Of a stretch of DNA of 26,137 nucleotides, positions 1-8,615 are shown in pieces; within the stretch, counting starts at the first letter, position 1; each line of letters begins with the position of its first letter. Both the position numbers and the translations under genes were made by a program. Source of the stretch: Myxococcota bacterium. Its GTDB lineage: Bacteria; Myxococcota_A; UBA796; UBA2385. The DNA is taken from contig JBIJDH010000047.1 of NCBI GenBank assembly GCA_044344255.1, positions 1-26,137 on the forward strand. Direction: 5' to 3'. Below the pieces are notes generated by a model. The model had not been told where the DNA came from. It searched no databases and worked only from the letters and a program-made list of their open reading frames with translations.

Positions 1-53
1 GCCCCGAAGGGCACGCGCACGGGGAGGACATCCACCATCAGCACCACGGCTGA
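1..53 (+). CDS. 3' end of a gene running in from the left edge, with a His-rich C-terminus (PEGHAHGEDIHHQHHG*)
   Basis: Frame from nt 3 reads PEGHAHGEDIHHQHHG and stops at TGA 51-53. It has 6 His in 12 residues. The product cannot be identified. Confidence 0.55.
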   Translation, partial: PEGHAHGEDIHHQHHG

Positions 54-176
54 CGGGCGGGGCGGGGACCCGCGCCGTGCTTATGTGATCGAAACCACGC
101 GGCTCGATCGATGAAACGGGCTCGCTCGCCCGTCCCTCGTAGGCCTCGTACGGCTAGCCCGCTCCTTGGAGGTCCC

Positions 177-776
177 TTGACCCGCGCCACTTCTCTCTTT
201 CTTCTCTCCCTCTGCGGGCTCGCCTGGGCCGGCCCGGGTGACACGGAGCTGAGCCGCGCCGCGGAGCTGCCCTTTGTCGCGCAGGAGCTGCGCGCGGGCG
301 GCCTGCCGGAGGGGGAGGTTCGTGTCGCGTTGAAGGCGTTCCGCGAGGCGAAGCTCAGCGCCGGAGACGCAGAGCAGGCCCTGACCGCCGCAGAACAAGG
401 CGTCAAGCGGAGCGGCCCCATCGACAACTTCGGCGCGTTCGTCCAAAGCCAGCTCGACAGTGGGCTCCGCGGTCGGCAGCTCGCCGAGGCGATTCGCGCC
501 GAGCATGAGGCCCGAGGCAAGGGGGGAGGCCGAGGCAAGTCGGGCGAAGAGCACGGCAAGTCGGGCGAAGAGCACGGCAAGTCGGGGGAGGACCACGGCA
601 AGTCGGGCGAAGACCACGGCAAGTCGGGGGAGGACCGTGGCAAGTCGGGCGAAGAGCATGGCAAGTCGGGCGAAGACCACGGCAAGTCGGGCGAAGACCA
701 CGGCAAGTCGGGGGAGGACCGTGGCAAGTCGGGTGGGAAACAGGGCAAGGGTCAGGGAAAGGGAGGTGGACGATGA
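177..776 (+). CDS. Secreted hypothetical protein with a C-terminal GKSGE(E/D)(H/R) heptad-repeat tail
   Basis: Lies in ORF 111..776. In-frame TTG 177 follows GGAGGT (168-173) and gives a signal peptide LTRATSLFLLSLCGLAWA|GP. ATG 111 is an alternative start. Confidence 0.75.
   Translation: MTRATSLFLLSLCGLAWAGPGDTELSRAAELPFVAQELRAGGLPEGEVRVALKAFREAKLSAGDAEQALTAAEQGVKRSGPIDNFGAFVQSQLDSGLRGRQLAEAIRAEHEARGKGGGRGKSGEEHGKSGEEHGKSGEDHGKSGEDHGKSGEDRGKSGEEHGKSGEDHGKSGEDHGKSGEDRGKSGGKQGKGQGKGGGR
534..734 (+). repeat. 21-nt coding tandem repeat, 9 full units plus a partial (GGCAAGTCGGG[C/G]GA[A/G]GA[G/C]C[A/G][C/T])
   Basis: Units start at 534, 555, 576, 597, 618, 639, 660, 681, 702 and 723 (partial). 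Confidence 0.95.
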
Positions 777-1035
777 AGCGCTCAGCGGGACGATTCGCCC
801 TCGTGGGGCTCATCCTCGTCGGGGGCCTCTTCGCCCTCGGATGTGGGGCGGGGGTGGCGCCTCCGATGCCGAGGTCATCGCGGCGACGAAGGAGCTCCGC
901 GGGGACCCCGCCGACGCGGAGGCGGTCCTGGAGCGGCACGGCCTCGACCGAGCGTCTTACGAGCAGGCGCTCTTTGACATCGCCGCCGACCCCGCTCGCA
1001 GCGAGGCCTACACGGAGGGGGTGGGCCGGCGCTGA
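773..1035 (+). pseudogene. Small lipoprotein split by a 1-nt frameshift in a G-run (real lesion or sequencing indel)
   Basis: ATG 773 overlaps the upstream stop and gives MKRSAGRFALVGLILVGGLFALG-C (lipobox). The protein-like continuation GGGASDAEVIAATKELRGDPADAEAVLERHGLDRASYEQALFDIAADPARSEAY lies in another frame ending at 1035. One extra G in GGGG 845-848 joins them. Confidence 0.7.
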
Positions 1036-1119
1036 TCGATCGGTGCGATGAGCGAAATGGACAAACCCTCAAAGCTCGGCAAGGGTGGAGCTCGGGGTCA
1101 ACCCGCCGAGGACCTCTCC

Positions 1120-2157
1120 ATGCGACCGCCGAGCCTCCAAGCGCTCCATCCCCTCCACCGCCGATCGTTCGTGTCAGCGGTCCTCCTGGGGTTGGCCTGT
1201 GGCGCCCCCGCGCCCAGCAAGGAGGGCGGAGGTGGTGCGTCCGACGCGCAGGACGCTGTCACGCCCGTCCTGGTGGACACCGGCATGCCGGTCCCGGTGG
1301 ACACCGCCACGTCGGTCGCCGACAGCGGTTCGGACAGCGGCTCGGGCAGCGGTTCGGACAGCGGTTCGGACAGCGGCGGCTCGACCTTGGGGGACTGCCC
1401 CGATGCCCTCGACGACCGCGCGGAGCTGATCCCCAGCCAGACCTTCGAGATGGGCTGTACGGCCGCGCAAGAGCCCGACTGTGACCCTGTCGCCGACCCG
1501 CCTCGCTCGGTGACGCTCACCCACTGCTGGTTCATCGAACGCACCGAGGTGGTCCAGGCGGAGTTCGAGCGCGTGATGGGCTACGCGCCATCGGTGTTCT
1601 CGGGCTGTGGAGAGGACTGCCCCGTCGAGAGCGTCACCTGGCACGAGGCGGCGGCCTACGCCAACGCCCGGTCTTTGGAGAGCGGCCTCGACCTTTGTTA
1701 TGACTGCGTGGGCGACGGCGCCGAGACGGAGTGCCTGTCCCCGGCGGACCCCTACGCCTGTGAGGGCTGGCGCCTCCCCACCGAGGCAGAGTGGGAGGCC
1801 GCGGCCCGCTGCGGCACCGACACCCGGTTTGCGGGCTCCGACACGCTCGACGCCGTCGCGTGGACCATCACCACGGCCGGCGCGCAGACCCACCCGGTGG
1901 GCGGGCTCGCTCCAAACGACTGCGGTCTGGTCGACATGACCGGGAATGTCTGGGAGTGGACCCAGGACTGGTTCGGCGGCGACGCGGGCACGCTCGACGA
2001 TCCGGCCGGCGGAGAGACCGGGTCAGCGAAGGTCTATCGCGGCGGCTCCTGGGGCAGCGGCGCGGGGAACGCGCGGGTCGCCTACCGCACCCGCATCAGC
2101 CCGGCCTATCGCGACAGCCACCTCGGCTTCCGCCTCGCGCGCATCGCCGCTCCCTGA
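1120..2157 (+). CDS. FGE-sulfatase (SUMF1/CLec-fold) domain lipoprotein
   Basis: Motifs FEMGC, PVESVTWHEAAAY, WRLPTEAEWEAAAR, GLVDMTGNVWEW and RGGSW...LGFRLAR. Lipobox LGLAC and an SDSG linker. Start 1120 follows GAGGA; 1048 is an alternative. The catalytic Cys pair of true FGE is absent after RGGS. Confidence 0.9.
   Translation: MRPPSLQALHPLHRRSFVSAVLLGLACGAPAPSKEGGGGASDAQDAVTPVLVDTGMPVPVDTATSVADSGSDSGSGSGSDSGSDSGGSTLGDCPDALDDRAELIPSQTFEMGCTAAQEPDCDPVADPPRSVTLTHCWFIERTEVVQAEFERVMGYAPSVFSGCGEDCPVESVTWHEAAAYANARSLESGLDLCYDCVGDGAETECLSPADPYACEGWRLPTEAEWEAAARCGTDTRFAGSDTLDAVAWTITTAGAQTHPVGGLAPNDCGLVDMTGNVWEWTQDWFGGDAGTLDDPAGGETGSAKVYRGGSWGSGAGNARVAYRTRISPAYRDSHLGFRLARIAAP
1321..1377 (+). repeat. 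12-nt coding repeat encoding a DSGS linker
   Basis: GACAGCGGTTCG-like units, about 5 copies. Confidence 0.85.
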
Positions 2158-2245
2158 GGCGGCGGTCGGGGGGGGGGCGTGCTGGCGGGGTCGTCGGGGT
2201 GGGGGCGGGCCTTGCGCCGCTCGCCGGCTGGAGTAGACGGCCCGG

Positions 2246-3178
2246 ATGATCCACGTCCTCTACGAGAACCCCGCCTGGCTCCCCCCGCTCGCCGCCGCCC
2301 TGGAGGCCCGTGGCCTCCCCTGGGAGGCCCGCGACGTGAGCGAGGGAGACTTCCACGTCGAAGGCGACATCCCTCCGGGTGTCTGGCTCAACCGGATGAG
2401 CCCCTCGGCCCACACCCGCGGCCACGCCGGCGGCATCCACTTTGTCCGCGAGTGGCTGGGGGTGCTCGAAGAGCGCGGCGCCCGCGTGATCAACGGCAGC
2501 GGCTCCTTCGCCCTCGAGGTGAGCAAGGTGCGCCAGCACGCCGCCCTGCACGCGATGGGCATCCTCACGCCGCGCACCATCGCGGTCATCGGCCGGAGCC
2601 GGCTCCGGGAGGCCGCCCGGCAGATGAGCCTGCCCTTCATCACCAAGCACAACCAGGGCGGCAAGGGCCTCGGGGTCCAGCTCTTCCGCGACCTCGCCGC
2701 CTTCGACCGCTTCGTGGAGGGGGAGGACTGGGAGGAGCCGATGGACAGCGTGATGCTGCTCCAGGAGTACATCGAGCCCCCCTCGCGGAGCATCACCCGG
2801 GTGGAGATCGTGGACGGGCGCCTCCTCTTCGCGATGCGCTCGGCGACCGACGGCGGCTTCGAGCTCTGCCCCGCCGACTCCTGTCAGATCGGAGAGGCCT
2901 TCTGTCCGGTGGGCGAGGAGCCTGCGAGCCGCTTCGACGTGCAGGACCTCGCCGCCGCCGATCCGCTGGTGGCGGACTACCTCCGCTTCTGCAAGCGGCA
3001 CCACATCGACGTCGCTGGCATCGAGTACGTCACCGGGGCCGACGGCCGACGGTACACCTACGACATCAACATGAACACCAACTACAACAGCGCGGTGGAG
3101 CGGGCGGCCGGAGTAGACGGGATGGGCGCCGTGGCTGCGCTCTGCGAGCGGGAGCTCGGTCGGCTCGGGCGCTCGTAG
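2246..3178 (+). CDS. ATP-grasp ligase (RimK/glutathione synthetase-like, alpha-L-glutamate ligase family)
   Basis: Motifs NRMSPS, LEVSKVRQ, PFITKHNQGGKGLGV, LLQEYI, RVEIVDG and AGIEY...YDINMNTNY. Confidence 0.88.
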   Translation: MIHVLYENPAWLPPLAAALEARGLPWEARDVSEGDFHVEGDIPPGVWLNRMSPSAHTRGHAGGIHFVREWLGVLEERGARVINGSGSFALEVSKVRQHAALHAMGILTPRTIAVIGRSRLREAARQMSLPFITKHNQGGKGLGVQLFRDLAAFDRFVEGEDWEEPMDSVMLLQEYIEPPSRSITRVEIVDGRLLFAMRSATDGGFELCPADSCQIGEAFCPVGEEPASRFDVQDLAAADPLVADYLRFCKRHHIDVAGIEYVTGADGRRYTYDINMNTNYNSAVERAAGVDGMGAVAALCERELGRLGRS

Positions 3179-3199
3179 GCGGATGAGCTCCTGATCAGC

Positions 3200-3454
3200 C
3201 GCCCATCGCCCATCGCCAGGCGGAGGGTCTCGGTGTCCAGTGGGGAGAGCTCCCCGAGCGTGGCCGGTACGGCCCCTCGGAGCTGCGCCTCGATCCGCGT
3301 CGCTTCGGGATCGGAGCTGGCGACGAAGTCGGGCGGATCGCCATCCTCACGCCGTCGGAGGACCCGCTTGCGGGCGGTCCGACAGGCGTTCGAGGCGAAG
3401 GCCAGAGCCCAGGGCTCCGCGGTCCCCGTCCGCGACCCGGGCGAGGAGGGCCAT
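3200..3454 (-). pseudogene. ECF sigma-70 factor relic with an internal deletion and frameshift
   Basis: ATG 3454 gives MALLARVADGDRGA (ECF N-terminal-like). A different frame from 3411 reads WALAFASNACRTARKRVLRRRE...DPEATRIEAQLRGAVPATLGELSPLDTETLRLA (region 2 end, linker, start of region 4). The core of region 2 and the HTH are missing. Confidence 0.6.
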
Positions 3455-3505
3455 GCGTGACCGCCCTCGACACCGCCGCAACAAGATGTCCAGACCCCAG
3501 CGTGG

Positions 3506-3514
3506 TGCTATCTT
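3506..3514 (+). promoter_or_regulatory. Extended -10 element (TG-C-TATCTT), candidate leaderless promoter of the Rpn gene
   Basis: Matches TGnTAnnnT, lies 6 nt before ATG 3521, and there is no Shine-Dalgarno. Confidence 0.5.
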
Positions 3515-3520
3515 CAAGCC

Positions 3521-4444
3521 ATGCACCTCCGCCTCTCCGAGCCTCTGGGCATCGACCCCTGCGTGGACATCGTGATCCACAAGCTCTTCGGCGACCCCAA
3601 GCACGAGCCCGTGCTCATCAACTTCCTGAACGCCGTCCTGGCCTGGCCCATCCCCATCGTGAAAGCCACGGTGCTGAACCCGTTCACCCCGGACATCTAC
3701 CAGGGCCAGCGTGGTCTGATCCTCGACATCCGCGCTGAGGATGAGCTTGGTCGGATTTATCAAATCGAGATGCAGCGCCGGAACGACACGGCCCTCCCCC
3801 AGCGCATGTTGTGGAGCTGGTCCCGGGTCTACGGCGCCGAGCTGGGCAAGAGCGAGGACCACGCCGAGCTCAAGCCGGTGATCGCGGTCTGGATCTGTGA
3901 GACTGACCTCTTCCCCTCCTCCAAGCAGGCCCATCTCCGCTTTCAGATGCGGGAGGAGCGGGAGGGCTTCCTCTTGCACGGCGACGCCCAGATCGACGTG
4001 CTCCAGCTCCGTCGGTGGTGGAAGGCCCGCGCGGACATCCTCGCCTCGTCCGTCGGCGCCTGGTTCTGGTTCTTCAACGAGGCCGAGGATTGGACCGAGG
4101 TCCCTGCCGAGATCGACAGCCCCACGATGGAGCAAGCCATGGAGATCCTCCACGAATTTCGAAGAGACACCTTCCTCAACGATCTCTACCGCGGGCGGGC
4201 GGAGGCCGAGCGGGTGGAGCGCGGCGCACAGAAGGCCTTGGAGAGGGCCCAACGTGGCGAGAAAGAGGAGCGCAGGCAGAAGGAGGAGGAGCGCAGGCAG
4301 AAGGAGGCCGCGCTGGTGGCGAAGGAGGCCGCGCTGGTGGCGAAGGAGGAGGAGCGCGTAGCGAAGGAGGCTGCTCTGGCCCAAGCGGAGCGACTGCGGA
4401 GCCTACTGATCGCGGCTGGGATCAGCCTGCCACAGGATGGCTGA
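3521..4444 (+). CDS. Rpn family recombination-promoting nuclease / PD-(D/E)XK nuclease family transposase-like protein
   Basis: N-terminal DPCVDIVIHKLFG...LINFLNAVL, LDIRAED-x6-IEMQ catalytic-type motif, RMLWSWSRVY, LKPVIAVWI and WFWFF. Coiled-coil tail ending LRSLLIAAGISL. Confidence 0.9.
   Translation: MHLRLSEPLGIDPCVDIVIHKLFGDPKHEPVLINFLNAVLAWPIPIVKATVLNPFTPDIYQGQRGLILDIRAEDELGRIYQIEMQRRNDTALPQRMLWSWSRVYGAELGKSEDHAELKPVIAVWICETDLFPSSKQAHLRFQMREEREGFLLHGDAQIDVLQLRRWWKARADILASSVGAWFWFFNEAEDWTEVPAEIDSPTMEQAMEILHEFRRDTFLNDLYRGRAEAERVERGAQKALERAQRGEKEERRQKEEERRQKEAALVAKEAALVAKEEERVAKEAALAQAERLRSLLIAAGISLPQDG
4261..4380 (+). repeat. Mosaic 21-nt (heptad) coiled-coil repeats in the Rpn C-terminus
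   Basis: EKEERRQ KEEERRQ KEAALVA KEAALVA KEEERVA KEAALAQ. Confidence 0.85.
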
Positions 4445-4697
4445 CACAGGGCGGGCGGTACCTTTTCACCGGCATCATACCAGAGTATTCTCGGTGTTCG
4501 AACGGCGATGGACGGAGGTGGCCTGGGATGACCGCTGTGAACAAGGAGGAACGAGGATGACTTCGGAGCGTCCTCCGCGAGTGATGAGGCGCAGTTGGGC
4601 CTTGGTACCTCGCGGAGGCCGAGCGTGGAGCCTCCCAGAGGCCGATCGTCTTGAGCGGTTGACCCTCGGGTTCAGGGCGGGTGGGGCTTCGATTCGG

Positions 4698-5624
4698 ATG
4701 ATGGTCTCCCTCTCTCCCGCCTTTCGATTCCTGGTCCTGTGTTCGATCCTCTTCGGCTGTCGTGCGGCGGCGGGGCATCGTCACGATACGTTGTCTACTG
4801 TTTCGAGTGATGTCAGTGGTCCCGGGGCGTTGGCTCTGTCGCTCGGTTTCAAGGGTAGCCTTCCACCTCCTGGCTCTTCCGTGGCGCTGTATCCCCTGTA
4901 TGTGGAAGGCCCGTCAGACGCCGTGAGTGGAGAGATGCTCGCCGCGTCGGTGGTGTGCTTACAGAATAGACTCGCGGAGGTAGGTGTTCGAGTCGTTGGG
5001 CCACAGGCAGTGGCGAGCTCGCCGAAATATCTTGAGTTGACCGAATCGATTGAATGTACTTCTCAGTGGTCCTTTGAAGGACAAGCAACCAGTGCGTTCG
5101 CGGGCCGGTCGGCGAATGAGTTGGATTTGTTTGGGTGGATGTGCAGGGCACCATTACCAGCGTCCGCCAAGGTGAACGCGGAGCGCCAGGTGGCAGATGC
5201 TTTAGGGATAGACTACTTCGTGTCTGGACAGGTGTACTTCAGGGCGTGTCCTTCTGAATCGGGACTCGAGGCAGAACCATGCATCGGGCAGGATAACCAT
5301 AGGCTGGACGACGTATGGATTGTGCTTGGTGGTGTGCCGTCGTTTGTGTTTGACGGGAGGAGTCCCCGCCAGAGTGGACAGGTCGCCCGAACTCCCGCTG
5401 AGTACCGTGCGTCGCTGAAGTTCAGGCTGACGCGAGAATGGGCGACACCATCGGACCCCGCCTACATGCCCTTTGCTGTTCAGTCATCCATTCCGGCACG
5501 TTGTGAGGAGCAGGTCGCATTGGTCTCGACCGAGAAGGAGAAGGCGGCCATTCGCCTCATCGACCAGGCCATGACGCTCAGCTTCGCCGCGGCGGGCGTC
5601 TGGCCCACCCCTGACGCCCGATGA
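4698..5624 (+). CDS. Hypothetical lipoprotein of atypically low GC
   Basis: Lies in ORF 4437..5624. MMVSLSPAFRFLVLCSILFG-C is a lipobox-type signal. The start is uncertain (4557 after GAGG is an alternative). Many codons end in A or T. Confidence 0.6.
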   Translation: MMVSLSPAFRFLVLCSILFGCRAAAGHRHDTLSTVSSDVSGPGALALSLGFKGSLPPPGSSVALYPLYVEGPSDAVSGEMLAASVVCLQNRLAEVGVRVVGPQAVASSPKYLELTESIECTSQWSFEGQATSAFAGRSANELDLFGWMCRAPLPASAKVNAERQVADALGIDYFVSGQVYFRACPSESGLEAEPCIGQDNHRLDDVWIVLGGVPSFVFDGRSPRQSGQVARTPAEYRASLKFRLTREWATPSDPAYMPFAVQSSIPARCEEQVALVSTEKEKAAIRLIDQAMTLSFAAAGVWPTPDAR

Positions 5625-5743
5625 ACTTCGGTTCGGACCCGGTCGCCTGGAGCGCGGCGCCTCTCGGTGAGCGGCCGGAGGCGGAGGGGGCGGCGCTCCC
5701 GGGCGGCCGCTGGCGAGGATAGAGCGCGAGCTTGGAGGTCCCG

Positions 5744-6820
5744 GTGCAGATCGCCCTTTGGTTCCTGCTCCTCGGCTGTTCGGCCGAGCCCGTGACCCGC
5801 TACGGGCGCCCGGCGCGGCGGCCGCTCGTCGCTCCGGGCGCGGGTGGGGGAGACAGCGCGGCGCCGGCCGACACCGCGGGTGGGCAGCCAGGAGACAGCG
5901 GCGGCGACACGGCTGAGGACACCGCTGCGGACACGGGTGAGGCGGAGACGGGCGAGCCCGGAGACACCGCGGGCCCAGGGGCGGCGGAGGTGTGCTACCT
6001 CGGCCCCGACCGGGACGGCGCTGTCTGTTTCCCGCTCGTCCCCTATGACGAGGGCTGGGGGGAGGACTACGACTATCCGGAGCCCTATGGTGGATCGGCG
6101 CAGTACGCGGCGCCTGCCCGGTATGTAGACCTCGACGCCGCCGACGCCTCGACCGCGCTCGCGCCCAACTTCGTCCTCGAGGAGTTCATGGCCGCCTGGA
6201 AGGGGCGGTGGGGGGTGATGCAGCCGCACGCGGTGGCCCGCGCCCAGGCGCTCCGGGATGAGCTCGGCGCCCCCCTCCCGGTGAACAGCGCCTACCGGAG
6301 CCCGGCCTACAACGCCTCGGTGGGCGGCGTCAGCTCCTCCCGGCACCAGTACGGGGACGCCGTTGACCTCGACGTCGCGGGCATGTCCGCCGACGAGCTC
6401 GCGGACCTCTGCGCGGCCCACGGCGCCGACTATGTGGCGACCTACGACACCGGCCACACCCACTGCGACTGGCGGGACGAGCCCCTCGACCCCGCCTTCT
6501 ACGATGTCATGGACGGGCCCCCCGCTCCCCGTCGGCCCCGCCCCGCCCACTCCGCCACGATCCTCCGGGACGGCGCTGGGTGGACCGCGCCAGCGCTCGG
6601 CTTCGATGAGGGGGAGCCGACCCGCCGGTGGAGCGCCTTCGACGGTGAGGGCGATCTGCTGGCTACCGGCGCCGGCCCCCGATTCAGGCCTCCCGCAGGT
6701 GCGCGCCGGGTGCGGGTGGAGGTCGGGCGGCAGGTCGAGGTCGAGGTCCGGCTGGCCCCGGATGGCTCTCTGCTGCCCCTTCGCCCTGCTGGCCCGATCC
6801 CGGTGCCGATCGGCCTGTAG
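5744..6820 (+). CDS. Peptidase M15A (Zn D-Ala-D-Ala carboxypeptidase-like) lipoprotein
   Basis: SAYRSPAYNASVGGVSSSRHQYGDAVD and HTHCD Zn-ligand motifs. Lipobox LLGC and an acidic DTA/DTG linker. GTG 5744 follows GGAGGT. Confidence 0.88.
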   Translation: MQIALWFLLLGCSAEPVTRYGRPARRPLVAPGAGGGDSAAPADTAGGQPGDSGGDTAEDTAADTGEAETGEPGDTAGPGAAEVCYLGPDRDGAVCFPLVPYDEGWGEDYDYPEPYGGSAQYAAPARYVDLDAADASTALAPNFVLEEFMAAWKGRWGVMQPHAVARAQALRDELGAPLPVNSAYRSPAYNASVGGVSSSRHQYGDAVDLDVAGMSADELADLCAAHGADYVATYDTGHTHCDWRDEPLDPAFYDVMDGPPAPRRPRPAHSATILRDGAGWTAPALGFDEGEPTRRWSAFDGEGDLLATGAGPRFRPPAGARRVRVEVGRQVEVEVRLAPDGSLLPLRPAGPIPVPIGL

Positions 6821-6866
6821 TCCGCCGCCGCGACTTCACGCATCTCTTCGCCCTGTTGGAGCAACC

Positions 6867-7202
6867 ATGCTGATCCTCCTCTTCGCCCTCGCCTGCTCGA
6901 CCCCGTCCCCCGAAGTGTCCCCCGAAGTGTCCCCCGGAGCGCCCCCCGTCGCCGCTCCCGCCGCCGCCAGCGCCCCCGCGCCCGCCGAGGCCGCCGTGGC
7001 CGCGGTGGTGCCCGGCTCCCATGAGGACTGGTGCCCCGAGCACGCCGTCCCCGAGTCGCAGTGCACGCGGTGTAACGCCGCCTTGATCCCCGCCTTCAAG
7101 GCCACCGCCGACTGGTGTGAGGAGCACGCCCTCCCCGAGTCACAGTGCCTGAAGTGCAACCCGGAGCTGAAGATCGAGCGACCCCCCAAGCAGGGGGGGT
7201 AG
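6867..7202 (+). CDS. Small lipoprotein with two WCxEHxxPESQCxxCN motifs (putative metal-binding)
   Basis: ATG 6867 follows GGAG. Lipobox FALAC, then a Pro/Ala linker, then WCPEHAVPESQCTRCN and WCEEHALPESQCLKCN. The stop is 3 nt before the adaptor ATG. Confidence 0.85.
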   Translation: MLILLFALACSTPSPEVSPEVSPGAPPVAAPAAASAPAPAEAAVAAVVPGSHEDWCPEHAVPESQCTRCNAALIPAFKATADWCEEHALPESQCLKCNPELKIERPPKQGG

Positions 7203-7205
7203 GCC

Positions 7206-8612
<1,407 letters not shown>

Positions 8613-8615
8613 CCC

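Noticed and set aside
534..734. Possible CRISPR array
   Set aside because: The units abut with no unique spacers, the period is 21 nt in frame, and the variation is codon-like. It is a coding repeat.
1120..2157. True formylglycine-generating enzyme
   Set aside because: It lacks the catalytic Cys pair after RGGS and no sulfatase is nearby. It is treated as a non-catalytic CLec/FGE-fold protein.
2230..3120. 11-bp direct repeat GGAGTAGACGG at 2230 and 3110 flanking most of the ATP-grasp gene
   Set aside because: The second copy is inside the coding sequence and there are no other mobility signs. It is compatible with chance.
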